The notes below the pieces were generated by a model, which saw only the letters and a list, made by a program, of their open reading frames with translations, searched no databases and was not told the origin of the DNA. From Epithemia pelagica (Eukaryota; Protista; Bacillariophyta): 64,000 nt of DNA. Made by a program: the position numbers and the translations under genes. The DNA lies in the NCBI GenBank assembly GCA_946965045.2, contig OX337229.1, forward strand, positions 3,720,001-3,784,000. The letters run 5' to 3'. Shown here piece after piece: positions 38,274 to 49,100 of this stretch (its first letter is position 1; each line of letters begins with the position of its first letter).

Positions 38274-41200
38274 ATGCCATCGCCTCCATCACGTCGTTGT
38301 CGTGGTACTCCCTGCAACGAGGACCTCGACTCTGTCTCACCCCAGAGCACCCCTGACCGAACATCCACCCCCAGTCCGAGACGAACTCCCAGTCCGAGAC
38401 AATCCGCGACCCGAGGAGAAGCCACCGCTGACGAGGCACCCGTGACTCGTGACCAAAATACTGGTGGTGGTCATGTTCTGGAGGTAAATGCGTTTATGGA
38501 CCATGACGAGTTAGACCGAATGATGGACGTGTTCACAAGTTCTGTGTGTCGTACCCTCGATAATGCAAACACTCGGAAGGCTTACGCGAGCAAGATCAAA
38601 GAGTATTTGAAATATTGCGAAAGTCCTCACCGAAACCACCTGGCACTAGCGGAACGATATCTCGTGGACGAGCCTGGGTCGGCCTATTTTATGTTTTATA
38701 TTGTTTTTCGTGAAAAATCCTTTGGTAAACGAAAAAAAAAACGGTGTCTTTGACTACGAAGATTTTCAGCGAGTCTTACTGACTTATGGAGCTTTGTACA
38801 ATCGGATCAAGCATGATCCTAAATGCGAACTGCCCCCCGACCAGGTCGACCCTGTGAACCCTCTATCGGAAGCTACTGTCTTGTTGTATAAGAGTGCGCT
38901 TCGGCGCCAATGGGAAGAGCAGAAGACGAAGCGATCCGGCGAGACATCATGGGATCAACATTTAGACACTCCACGTGTCAAGAGGCTTATCAAAATAGCA
39001 AAGGTCAGTACCACATGTCACACATCCTCCCTAAGTACATGACGTCTCTCACTAATTACTTTTATTTTCCAGTGCCGCAAGACACGTGTCCGTTAGAGGA
39101 GTTATAAAGAAAAAGTGAACGAGACGTCCCCCTTCGAGCACTTTGAGATGATTAATAAAATTGAATTTTCGTTTTGGTCCCGTGGCTGCAGCGAATCAGA
39201 TTCATCCAATTCGAAGAAATCTCTGTTCGCATCTCTCCGCCATCGATTCTCGTTCCTGATGAATTATGCCTCGATCCTACGAAGCGAGAGTCTTCATCTG
39301 GCAGAACTGTCCGACTTGCGTGTCTTTGCCATCAAGCGACCAGCTGATATAGACAAAATGGCAGTGGTACTTATGGAATGTCAAACTGGTAAGACGATCA
39401 AAGCCGGATCTCCCTCGCAGTTTGCCCGTGCCACGCGCCACAAAAATGTCATGTGCTGTCCCATTGGTGCGTTGGCGATGTATCTATTCTTGCGTTTCCA
39501 TGTCACCGAAGAATTTAATGGACGTGCCGACCACCCCGACCTTCGACAGAATTCTTCTTGGTTCGACTTCAAGATATTGGTGTCAGGAGAAGGTTCCCCT
39601 ACCACTTCCGTGAAAGTTTCGAACTTTCGCTCAGAGATCGACTCCATTTTTGGCGAGTTAGGAATCGTGTCGGACTACTCAACTCACTGGTGCCAGGGTG
39701 ACCGGAGTCTAATTATACCCCCACTTTTAGACCCGGTCTAAAAGGGTATAATTATTTTAGACAGAGGTTGAGTCTAAAATAAAAGTTTTAGACTCTTAGC
39801 CTTAACCCTTCAGTAGCGCCGCCACCACTGCGTGAGTAGGAGACCGTTCTGCCTCATTCATCTCAATGCCATCGCAATGAACAAAGTAAGGTCTCAGTTA
39901 TCCTCTCTCATGCTTAGAGAGTGCAAGAACAATGTTATCCATACCATCCAATAACTTAGATGATGAAGCTTTGAGGTCCTCTGGATGTGTTGTCATAGAC
40001 AATGCTCGCTCCTAGAAGCTGGCTGTCTAGGGTTAGGGTTATTGCTTCGCCGTACAAAACCACGGAGAGATTTTAGACCCTGTTTTAGACATTTTTTACA
40101 GTCTAAAAGTACTTTTAGATTTATTTTAGACCCGAAATATTTTAGACTGTCTAAGCGGTCACCCTGCTGGTGCCGGCACATTGCCCCCACACATTGTGAG
40201 TTCAAAGAAGTAAGCCCCGAGCTTATCAAGCAACTTGGTACGTCCCTACTGATATTCCCATATTCATATATAACCCTTACCGATTACTAACCATTCCCTG
40301 CCATTACTACAGGCAACTGGGATCGCGACACCCAAGAGACCCGGTACTCGTCCAAAATCCCTATTGCCGCCATCCGATGTATGGCAGGATTCGAGCAGTC
40401 CGATGGGTATTGGTTGCCTCGAGGTAGACTGGAAGTCCCCAAAGAGTTATCGGATCAAACATGGCCATGGCTAGACGAGAAAGAAGAATGGGTACTTAGT
40501 GATTTAACGTATTCTGAGCGAGCTCAAAACGTCAACGCACGGAAGAAGCACCCTACTGCTGTATGCTTCTTACACTTTCTACGGTTCCTAAGAGATGTTC
40601 TCATCCAAGACATGGCTGCCATCTTCAGTCAGTTGGAGAACTGCGACGACACGGACGAGGGCGAATGCGAACTTCGGAAGAGCCACGTACTGTTCACTGA
40701 CTTCGACATATTCAAGTCCGCCGAGTTCTTGAAGTTTAAAGACGACATGCACGTGCATTTAACTAAGAACAGCCCGAGAACAACGAAGAAGATCAGAAAG
40801 CCAAGTCAATCGAAAGGGCACTCCCAGGCGTTATTCAACGGTTCGAGCATCTGAATGTGGAGAACAGTATCTTGAAGCAGACCATGGAGAAACTCTTCTT
40901 TGAAATGGACCACACTAGGGAGTCCATCACACAGAACACGCAATCCATTGTCCAGTATCTCCGAGACATGCTGGAAGCCCGGATCAACTTGGAATCGGAT
41001 CGAAAATTCCGTCGCTACCAGGAACACATCACCCAGTCTTTCCGAACGATTATTGGGGGAACTGTGAATGCCTTGTCAACGGCTCACGAATTCGCGGCAG
41101 ATGCTACATTCGGAACGGAAGCAAACCCCAACGACGACGACCATCCAATGCCATATTCCCACAACGACACTGCCTTGCCCAATCACGTCTCCCCAACCCA

Positions 41201-41819
41201 ACTGCCATCTCCTGGAGAACAGAATCCAACGGATCCATTCGCAGCTGCTTTCCCAATGTCTCCTCCACCGAACCGTTCTCCCACACTTGATTCTACCAAT
41301 CCGAACCCAACTCCACCAATTACAAATCGCCAAGAATTGATGCCACAGAATACGACAACGCCCTCTCCACCAATCGCGAATCCCCGAGTCACTCCCGCGC
41401 AGTTACCAGACGACGCAGATGCCTTCATCGGAATGAAACTACCGTGCACACTAGTGGACAAAGGCCGACTAACGATGAGGCGCGTATACGAAGAATTCTT
41501 CGGACTTGGAGAACGACAGGATATACCCACTCCTCAAGGATTCCACGGATTGGACGAGCGTTTCAAATCCAGATGGCGATCGAAACATTCTTCCAAGGAT
41601 CAAACTTTCTACAATAGAGTCCAGAGTATCTGCCGAGGTATCTGCGTGTATCACCAAGTTCCCCCAGGACACTGGAGCCCTGTCATTGAAGAATTCTGCT
41701 TGGAATGGGACGCCATTCTCCACAAGAAAGGCATACATGGGGTATTCCGCGAGTTCCAAAAACATGGAATTACCACAAAACGTGGTACGAGATCACCTAG
41801 CAATAAGACAAATACGTAG
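38274..41819 (+). pseudogene. Crypton-type tyrosine recombinase (Ndc10-II/YR domain + C-terminal GCR1_C-like domain), inactivated
   Basis: Reconstructed catalytic set: R (ILRSESL), K (GKT), HxxR (HWCR, after removing the insertion at 39694-40173), GNW and Y (TRYSSKIP). Also RHKNVMCCPIGALAMYLFLRF, MAGF..YWLPR, and GCR1_C-like TMRRVYEEFFGLG...LDERFKSRWR...FYNR at ~41433-41650. Introns 39004-39072 and 40238-40312 (TACTAAC branch site). Lesions: A10 frameshift at 38732-38741, TAG at 39094-39096, the TIR insertion, and a frameshift near 40770. Confidence 0.88.
39694..40166. mobile_element. 473-bp non-autonomous TIR transposon (MITE, hAT-like ends) inserted in the YR gene
   Basis: 11-bp TIRs CAGGGTGACCG/CGGTCACCCTG. 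Target duplication CTGGTGC at 39687-39693 and 40167-40173. About ten subterminal TTTTAGAC/GTCTAAAA motifs. Removing it restores the YR reading frame. Confidence 0.92.
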
Positions 41820-41855
41820 TTCATTACGTACTTTTACACTAATATGAATAGTTCC

Positions 41856-42944
41856 TTAGCTCTCACGTGTACGTTTTCTACCGCCCGTGAATGTCTTACG
41901 TTCGCGATCACTGTCATCCGTTCCAACACTATCTGCCTCCAAATCAATATCATTGGCTCCCTGTTCTGCCCGTGCGACATCCGCTTGTTCGCCCCCTGCA
42001 TCATCGGCTTGTTCTCCGGCTTGTTCGTCATCTGCTTCTCCGCGATCCACATATACCAGTTGTACGTCATTCTCCATCTCATCCAATCGCATCTGTCGGC
42101 GCATCGAATCTCGGTCCCACTCTGGACCGGGCCCATGTAAGTCAACCTGACCGTCACCGTCACGCGGAACATCACCCAGCATAGGCGGCGACCACGCTCC
42201 ACTCGGAATGTCCATAGAAGCACAGAATGTAGGAATTCTCCGACGCCCACCAGGCAATAATGATCTGTATTCAATCCCAAGCGTAGACGACACGTTGACA
42301 CCGATTTGAAGTACTTTATGAGGGTGAGTAGTATTAGCGACGCTCTCCAAATGCGTGACGGACTCCAACAACCAGTCGTTTCCACTGAGCTCAAAGTTAT
42401 ACGTCTGAGGCGGTGAGGTAAAAACACGAAGGATAGGTTGTCCTGAGCAGTATTGGAACCACGTGCTCATTACCTGCATCTTGTAGTAGTCCTGGCGCTG
42501 TGTCTCATTCAAGTTAAAAGGTGAGTATTTAAAGAAATCAAGTCTCACCAAATGTACCCCATCGTTCGGTGCGACACGGAACTCCACCCGTTCATGCCAG
42601 AACCTCTTTAAGGGCGCTTCGGGTTGTACTGCATCACAACGATCTTCCCAGTCACCAGACACCTCTTGTCCCAAATACGTCAGCGTTTCAAAAATAATCT
42701 TCTTCGAACTTCGATAATTGCCAGGAAACATCCCATGGAACATGTAATACTTATTGATTCGTTTCGTTTGTTCGTGATCATGCTTCTCCCAAAATACACG
42801 CTATTCCATACCCCGAACATCCGGAAATAACGTAGGCAACGGGGCAGTAGCAATATCTTCCAACGAACTATCCGTGTAGACCATACGACCCATCTCGCCA
42901 GGGTTGTTTTGGATCGTAAAATTCTCGTCGATTTGTGCTTCCAT
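41856..42944 (-). pseudogene. Orphan intronless ORF (~362 aa, beta-rich core, acidic tail) with one in-frame TAG at 42801-42803
   Basis: ATG at 42944 reads MEAQIDENF...DVRGME*RVFWEKHDH...YYMFHGMFPG, in frame with ORF 41856..42743. Confidence 0.65.
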
Positions 42945-43100
42945 ATTCGTATTTTATGACAACATCGAGGTATATTCTTTCAAATACCAACACAATCGTG
43001 TAGACATATCGTGTCTACTCCTAAAATATGAGTAGACATAATTGTCGAATACAATGAATCCTATAGAGTATTCATGTTAAGCTCAATATGTTTGGTGCGA

Positions 43101-43257
43101 TTACGGGTTCCCTTCAAGACTCGCCACTCGTGCCTCGAGATCACTCACGCGTACTTTTAAGGCCTGGAATTCGGCGATCATCTGTTTGACATCAACATTA
43201 TCCTTCTTGACGTCATCCTTGACTCCTTGGCGTTGAGACTGTGACAAACCGTCGTCA
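43101..43257 (-). pseudogene. 3' part of a 144-aa KOW/SH3-like + coiled-coil gene split by the copia insertion
   Basis: Reads (S)DDGLSQSQ...IAEFQALKVRVSDLEARVASLEGNP*. In frame with 52328..52605 once the element and one GAAGT copy are removed. Confidence 0.8.
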
Positions 43258-43262
43258 GAAGT

Positions 43263-44045
43263 TGTTACAATTCTCTTGGAATTGCAGAGGCATTAATGCT
43301 CGGTAGAGCAGACAATCAGGTAGGTCACCAACCGATACAAGCTTCTCAGGGTCAGAGAAGCAAGCAAGTCGAAGTCTATCAGAAGGATAGTCGGGACACA
43401 AAAGAAGATGTGATAAATGGTGATATTGTTAGATTGTGTGTTGATTACTACGATAGGTCTACGTGAAATGTTCGGTCCTGCCAAGGGTCATGTGTCATAG
43501 GTTCTTGGCGGCAACAGGTTTGGAATAGTTGGAGTCGATTCATGTGATGTATATGACATGTATATGTGGACGGATAACATATACAGGGTCAACAGCTCTT
43601 GCTTTGGGTTGGCATAGTTGTTTTCATGGCGCGCAGCTTGTTGACAATTTGGAGATTGTGGGAATGGAAATATGGTCTCGCGTGATCGTGTGTCGTGCTT
43701 GGGATACTTAGACCGTTGGGTCGGATAGATGCCGACAGCGCTCGGATGTCGCTTGGGCGCGCTCGATGATTTCGGGCGCGTACGCTTAGAGCGTTAGTAT
43801 AATGTCCGAGCAACGGCCAAATTTACGTCCGTTGTAATACCGCACGACCCAGTTTAGTCTTGAGAGTGAGTTCGTCAATCTATTCTCACTTTTCATGATT
43901 TGCGAAGAAATATAGGTCGATATAGCGCGAAGCTAGGGAACATAGCTCGAAGCTAGATGGCATGATGCGATAGCACGAGGCTATGTGACATGGGGAATCG
44001 ATGAGATGTAGAATCTAACCACCATAGACGGTGAGAATTCTAACA
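43263..44045 (-). repeat. 3' LTR (783 bp)
   Basis: Near-identical to 51545-52327. Four substitutions found by eye (43295, 43388, 43561, 43626). Confidence 0.97.
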
Positions 44046-44057
44046 CTCCCCACAACT
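44046..44057 (-). promoter_or_regulatory. Polypurine tract (AGTTGTGGGGAG) abutting the 3' LTR
   Basis: G-rich run directly 5' of the LTR TG on the minus strand. Confidence 0.8.
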
Positions 44058-44333
44058 CGTCGTTTCAGCCTTGTCATCATTGGATTTGTTGAGGTCTTGA
44101 ACTTCTCCTTTCCAAAACAACAATGGCTTGAGCATGGGCCAAATAGATACGAAATCCCAATGTTTGCTAAGGATATCGGCAGGGTTGGTCTTTCCATCTT
44201 TCCAGTAGAATGCAACATATTTTGCTGCGATGGCTTCACGAACTCGGTGGTATGACTGAAGATGGTGTCTCTTGGATAGTATGGAATGAGGAACGGTTGC
44301 ATTGAGCACAACAGATCTGTTATCTCCGTACAT

Positions 44334-46132
44334 GTAACTTCGCTCTCGGATAGGTACTCCAAGGTAGCGGAGAGAATGTCGTAATTCTGTAATCTGATCT
44401 ATTGCTGTCCTTGCAGCCACAAACTCGGATCCATAGGTAGCAGTTTCCACCGTGCTCTGCCTCTTGCTGTACCAGTCAATAGGTGTTCCGTTCAACAAAT
44501 GTAGAACAGCAGTGACGGATTTACCAGTGACTATGTCATGCATGAGATTGGCATCAACATAATGAGTTGTGGTAACATAGCGGCCAAGAGGTGTTGGGCA
44601 GTCTTCAGGAATACGTTCACTTGCATTCGAATAGACAGTGCGAGTCCAATCAAATTCTTGGGTAGGAAGACTTGAATAATCAGGCTCTCCAATCCTAAAT
44701 CTGATTGCGCCTTCTGGGAGATTTGCAAGGTATCCATAGATACGCGTGGCTCTATCAAGATGTCCTTTCCTCGGAGCAGCACGAAAGCGTGACAGCGTCA
44801 TTGTAGCTGTGAAGACGTCGAAACGACCAATAGTGATCACCCATTGGAGTAACTTCGCTCTCGGATAGGTACTCCAAGGTAGCGGAGAGAATGTCGTAAT
44901 TCTGTAATCTGATCTATTGCTGTCCTTGCAGCCACAAACTCGGATCCATAGGTAGCAGTTTCCACCGTGCTCTGCCTCTTGCTGTACCAGTCAATAGGTG
45001 TTCCGTTCAACAAATGTAGAACAGCAGTGACGGATTTACCAGTGACTATGTCATGCATGAGATTGGCATCAACATAATGAGTTGTGGTAACATAGCAACC
45101 AAGAGGTGTTGGGCAGTCTTCAGGAATACGTTCACTTGCATTCGAATAGACAGTGCGAGTCCAATCAAATTCTTGGGTAGGGAGACTTGAATAATCAGGC
45201 TCTCCAATCCTAAATCTGATTGCGCCTTGAGGTGTTGGGCAGTCTTCAGGAATACGTTCACTTGCATTCGAATAGACAGTGCGAGTCCAATCAAATTCTT
45301 GGGTAGGAAGACTTGAATAATCAGGCTCTCCAATCCTAAATCTGATTGCGCCTTCTGGGAGATTTGCAAGGTATCCATAGATACGCGTGGCTCTATCAAG
45401 ATGTCCTTTCCTCGGAGCAGCACGAAAGCGTGACAGCGTCATTGTAGCTATGAAGACGTCGAAACGACCAATAGTGATCACCCATTGGAGTAACTTCGCT
45501 CTCGGATAGGTACTCCAAGGTAGCGGAGAGAATGTCGTAATTCTGTAATCTGATCTATTGCTGTCCTTGCAGCCACAAACTCGGATCCATAGGTAGCAGT
45601 TTCCACCGTGCTCTGCCTCTTGCTGTACCAGTCAATAGGTGTTCCGTTCAACAAATGTAGAACAGCAGTGACGGATTTACCAGTGACTATGTCATGCATG
45701 AGATTGGCATCAACATAATGAGTTGTGGTAACATAGCAACCAAGAGGTGTTGGGCAGTCTTCAGGAATACGTTCACTTGCATTCGAATAGACAGTGCGAG
45801 TCCAATCAAATTCTTGGGTAGGGAGACTTGAATAATCAGGCTCTCCAATCCTAAATCTGATTGCGCCTTGAGGTGTTGGGCAGTCTTCAGGAATACGTTC
45901 ACTTGCATTCGAATAGACAGTGCGAGTCCAATCAAATTCTTGGGTAGGGAGACTTGAATAATCAGGCTCTCCAATCCTAAATCTGATTGCGCCTTCTGGG
46001 AGATGTGTAAGGTATCCATAGATACGCTTGGCTCTATCAAGATGTCCTTTCCTCGGAGCAGCACGAAAGCGTGATAGCGTCATTGTAGCGGTGAAGACGT
46101 CGAAACGACCAATAGTGATCACCCATTGGAGT
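44334..46132 (-). repeat. Triplicated RT-end/RNase H segment (641+641+515 bp), with a nested 126-bp duplication in two copies
   Basis: The junction CGAAGTTAC|TCCAATGGG occurs at ~45490 and ~44849. The 42-aa unit (E/Q)GAIRFRIGE...EDCPTP is doubled in the two upstream copies. Confidence 0.93.
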
Positions 46133-49100
46133 TGTCCAATCAGAGTTTGGAAATGGCTAGTACCTTCTTCATCAAGGAGCTCAGAATCATCCAATTCAGG
46201 ATGGTCTCCACCAATAAGAGGTGTTTTGGCTTTCTTGGGTTTCTCCTTGAAGATTCGTTCGAAAGTGTCCATCATCTTACCAATGTAGCGTCTTGGATCT
46301 GCTACTAATGTTCCATCAGAATCCTTGGTGTAACAACATCCCAAGTGGAAATCAATAGGTCCATCTCCTTTGAGGTTGAAGTTGTATTTCTCCTTCAGGA
46401 TCTTGCAGATATTCCCAGGATCAGTAGAAATAATGGCTAAGTCATCAACGTATACGGCAATGTATTCGTAACAGTCTTCTCCAGGTGCTTTCCTCATCCA
46501 GATATCCGGATCTGCTTTGCTTGGTGAAAATCCCATGTCTGTCAAAACATCAAATAAGACATCATGCCAGCGTGCGCCTGATGACTTCAATCCATAAAGT
46601 GCCTTGTATATAATCAGGATGTGACCTTCTAATTCCTTGAATTCAGGTCCTGCGACAATGAAAATTTTCTCCCCTGTCAAGGCTTCCAGATATGCGTTTC
46701 CAATATCTGCTCCCCATATTTCCAAGTCATTCAAAGTACCCAGGAATAAGGCAATACGGAGGTTGCGAATGGAAACAACACCTGAATAGATTGTCTCAAC
46801 AGGTTCTTTTGTGAGATGTCCATCTGCGACAAGTCTTGCTTTATGTCGTCCATCATGTTTTACGTCAAAGACAAGATGTACACGTATCTTATGATATCCT
46901 TCAGGTGCATTGGATACTTTCCCTTTAATGAAGATGGCTTTCCCAAAATCCTTGAATGTCTTGTAGGACTGGATCTGTGATAATTCTAATTCTGTTGCAT
47001 CCTGCCACTTTGTGTTGCCATGTTGTTTATCAAGAGTGACAGCTTCCTCATAATTGCGTGGTACTTGGAATCCAAACTTATACTTGACGGAATGGTGAAC
47101 TTGTTTAATCCTTGACTGTTTGGCTGCTTGAATGAGACGTTTGCTTGTTTTGACATAACGTTTCAAATGCTTCCATCCAGGTTCGTTGAGTAAACCGTGT
47201 TTCTTTCCATAAATTGCTACAGTGATCGGATCATCATTGGCGATGAGTGATAAAGGTTCATAGGTAGTCTCCCCAGTTTCCCAATCAACAAGCAAATTAT
47301 ATTTGCTCCCCTTGTAATCTGGATCAGTTGTGTTCAGTGGGCCTTGATGGGCAATGACGTCCCTGAACCTGAAAAGATTATCTCCAGAGGTTTGAGCTTG
47401 GTTATCTCGTTCGATATACTCCATGAGTTGATTATAGGATATCATCTCATCAACATCAGAATTTGTCTTTCGGTAGATGTACTTGACACGTTCTTCCTGT
47501 TTCGTTGCTTCTTCATTAAGATCAATGACTCGTTTGATGACACGTGCACGGTGTCGCTCCCCATTTTCTTCTGTGTCGCATAGGAATGTGCGTCCTATCA
47601 TGTCGTCAAAATCGATCGTGGGCATTGGTTTGGATGGATCTTCACTATCACTGCGAATGAAGACAGTGTCAGCTTGCTTATCATTGTCATCCTTCTCAGA
47701 CGAATCCTCCCCTGAAGGTCAATCCACACGTAGGTTAGGTGTAGTGGATTCAACACGGCAAACGGCAGAACGGTAGATTATCTGGTTATCCTGGGTGAGA
47801 ATCTTCCAAGTAAAAGAATCACCAACGTTGTGAGCAAAACCAACCCAGTGGCCAAGTTTCTCATCAGAAGAAGATGGATATGAACCGGAATTGGGTTCAG
47901 CGGGGTCGACACGGTAGTAAACCTCATCCCAGAAAGGAAAGAACAAGAGATGAGTAATGTCGGGTGGGCGTCCGGAGAGAGCCTCAAGAGGAGTGCGACC
48001 GGAATGGGTGGGTGATGATGTATGGTTCAATAAGTCACAGACATACTCAAGGCAAAGAAGCCAGGTGTTGGCAGGGCAACCAGTGGCATTCATGAGAGCG
48101 TTGGTCATACGTTTGACGGTCTGGTAACGGTTTTCAGCCTTATTCTGGTGTTGACAATAAGGTTCGGATCGATACTCCCCAATAAGCAAAGTGCGAAGAA
48201 TGTCTTTGACCTTTTGAGAGATGAGAGATGAACCACCATCACTGATAAGAGTCTCCATGGCACCACGAAACCGGATGTTGTCCTGAAGAGTATTGACAAA
48301 CTGTTTGGTTGACTTGATCCCATAGATATCAGTAACCAGAGTATCTCGACCAACAAAGATTTGTGCGACTTTACCGCCATGGTCAACAGCAGGGGTGTCG
48401 GAGAAAACCGAGTCAGTAGCAACGGGTTCATGACGTCGAGGTATATTAAGGACCGGATTGCGAGCCTTGAAATGTTTCTTGAGGGTGTCGTGGTCAAAAG
48501 TAATGCTACCATTACGTGTAGTGTGCTTGAACGTATCGGTAAGAACATCTTCAGATTGCCAACCAAAGAATGGACGGAACTTCTTCCAGTCATACGCTTC
48601 CTGGTAACGACGGTGGACAGAGGCATGAAGTGTAGGATCATTACCTTCTGCGTCAGCATAGATAGAAAAGAAGGGTGCGTCGTCAGGTCCATGATCGTAT
48701 GGGAGATCCAAAAGGAGATTGAGGTTACAAACAACACGATCAGTGTACTCCCCATAGTTGTCATATGGATGGTTTGACATACTACCATCAGTCTTGACGT
48801 GTTTCCAATCAGGATCATTGTCAGAGGGTGTGGGAGAATACAAATGGTCCAGAACACCAGGATCCCATGTGTCGGGTGACGTGAAGATGATCTGAGGTAA
48901 GGTATTCATGTCATCGTCGCTGGGGATACCCAAGGAGTGGATGTAGGCTAACCCATCCTTGATGTGAAGGGGTATAGCACGACCATCAAGTGTAGTGATG
49001 CGTTGTTTACCATCAACTTTAACAGATCGTTCATCAACAGCAAGTCCGAAATGCTCGAATTGACCAGGAGCATGGATAGATAAGCCCTTTCCATAATAAG

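Noticed and set aside
38732-38741. A10 run as a programmed frameshift in the YR gene
   Set aside because: The gene has three other lesions. A homopolymer indel or sequencing error is the simpler explanation.
39797-40042. Telomere-like CCTTAACCCT and AGGGTTAGGGTT
   Set aside because: Only about two units each, located at the inner ends of the MITE's inverted arms. Not a telomere or a meaningful interstitial array.
39694-40166. MITE acting as a self-splicing-out introner (GT at 39698, AG at 40154-40155)
   Set aside because: Splicing at these sites leaves the YR frame shifted by one and would still disrupt HxxR.
44334-46132. Regularly spaced repeats suggesting a CRISPR-like or satellite array
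   Set aside because: The units are 126-641 bp pieces of RT/RNase H coding sequence with no unique spacers.
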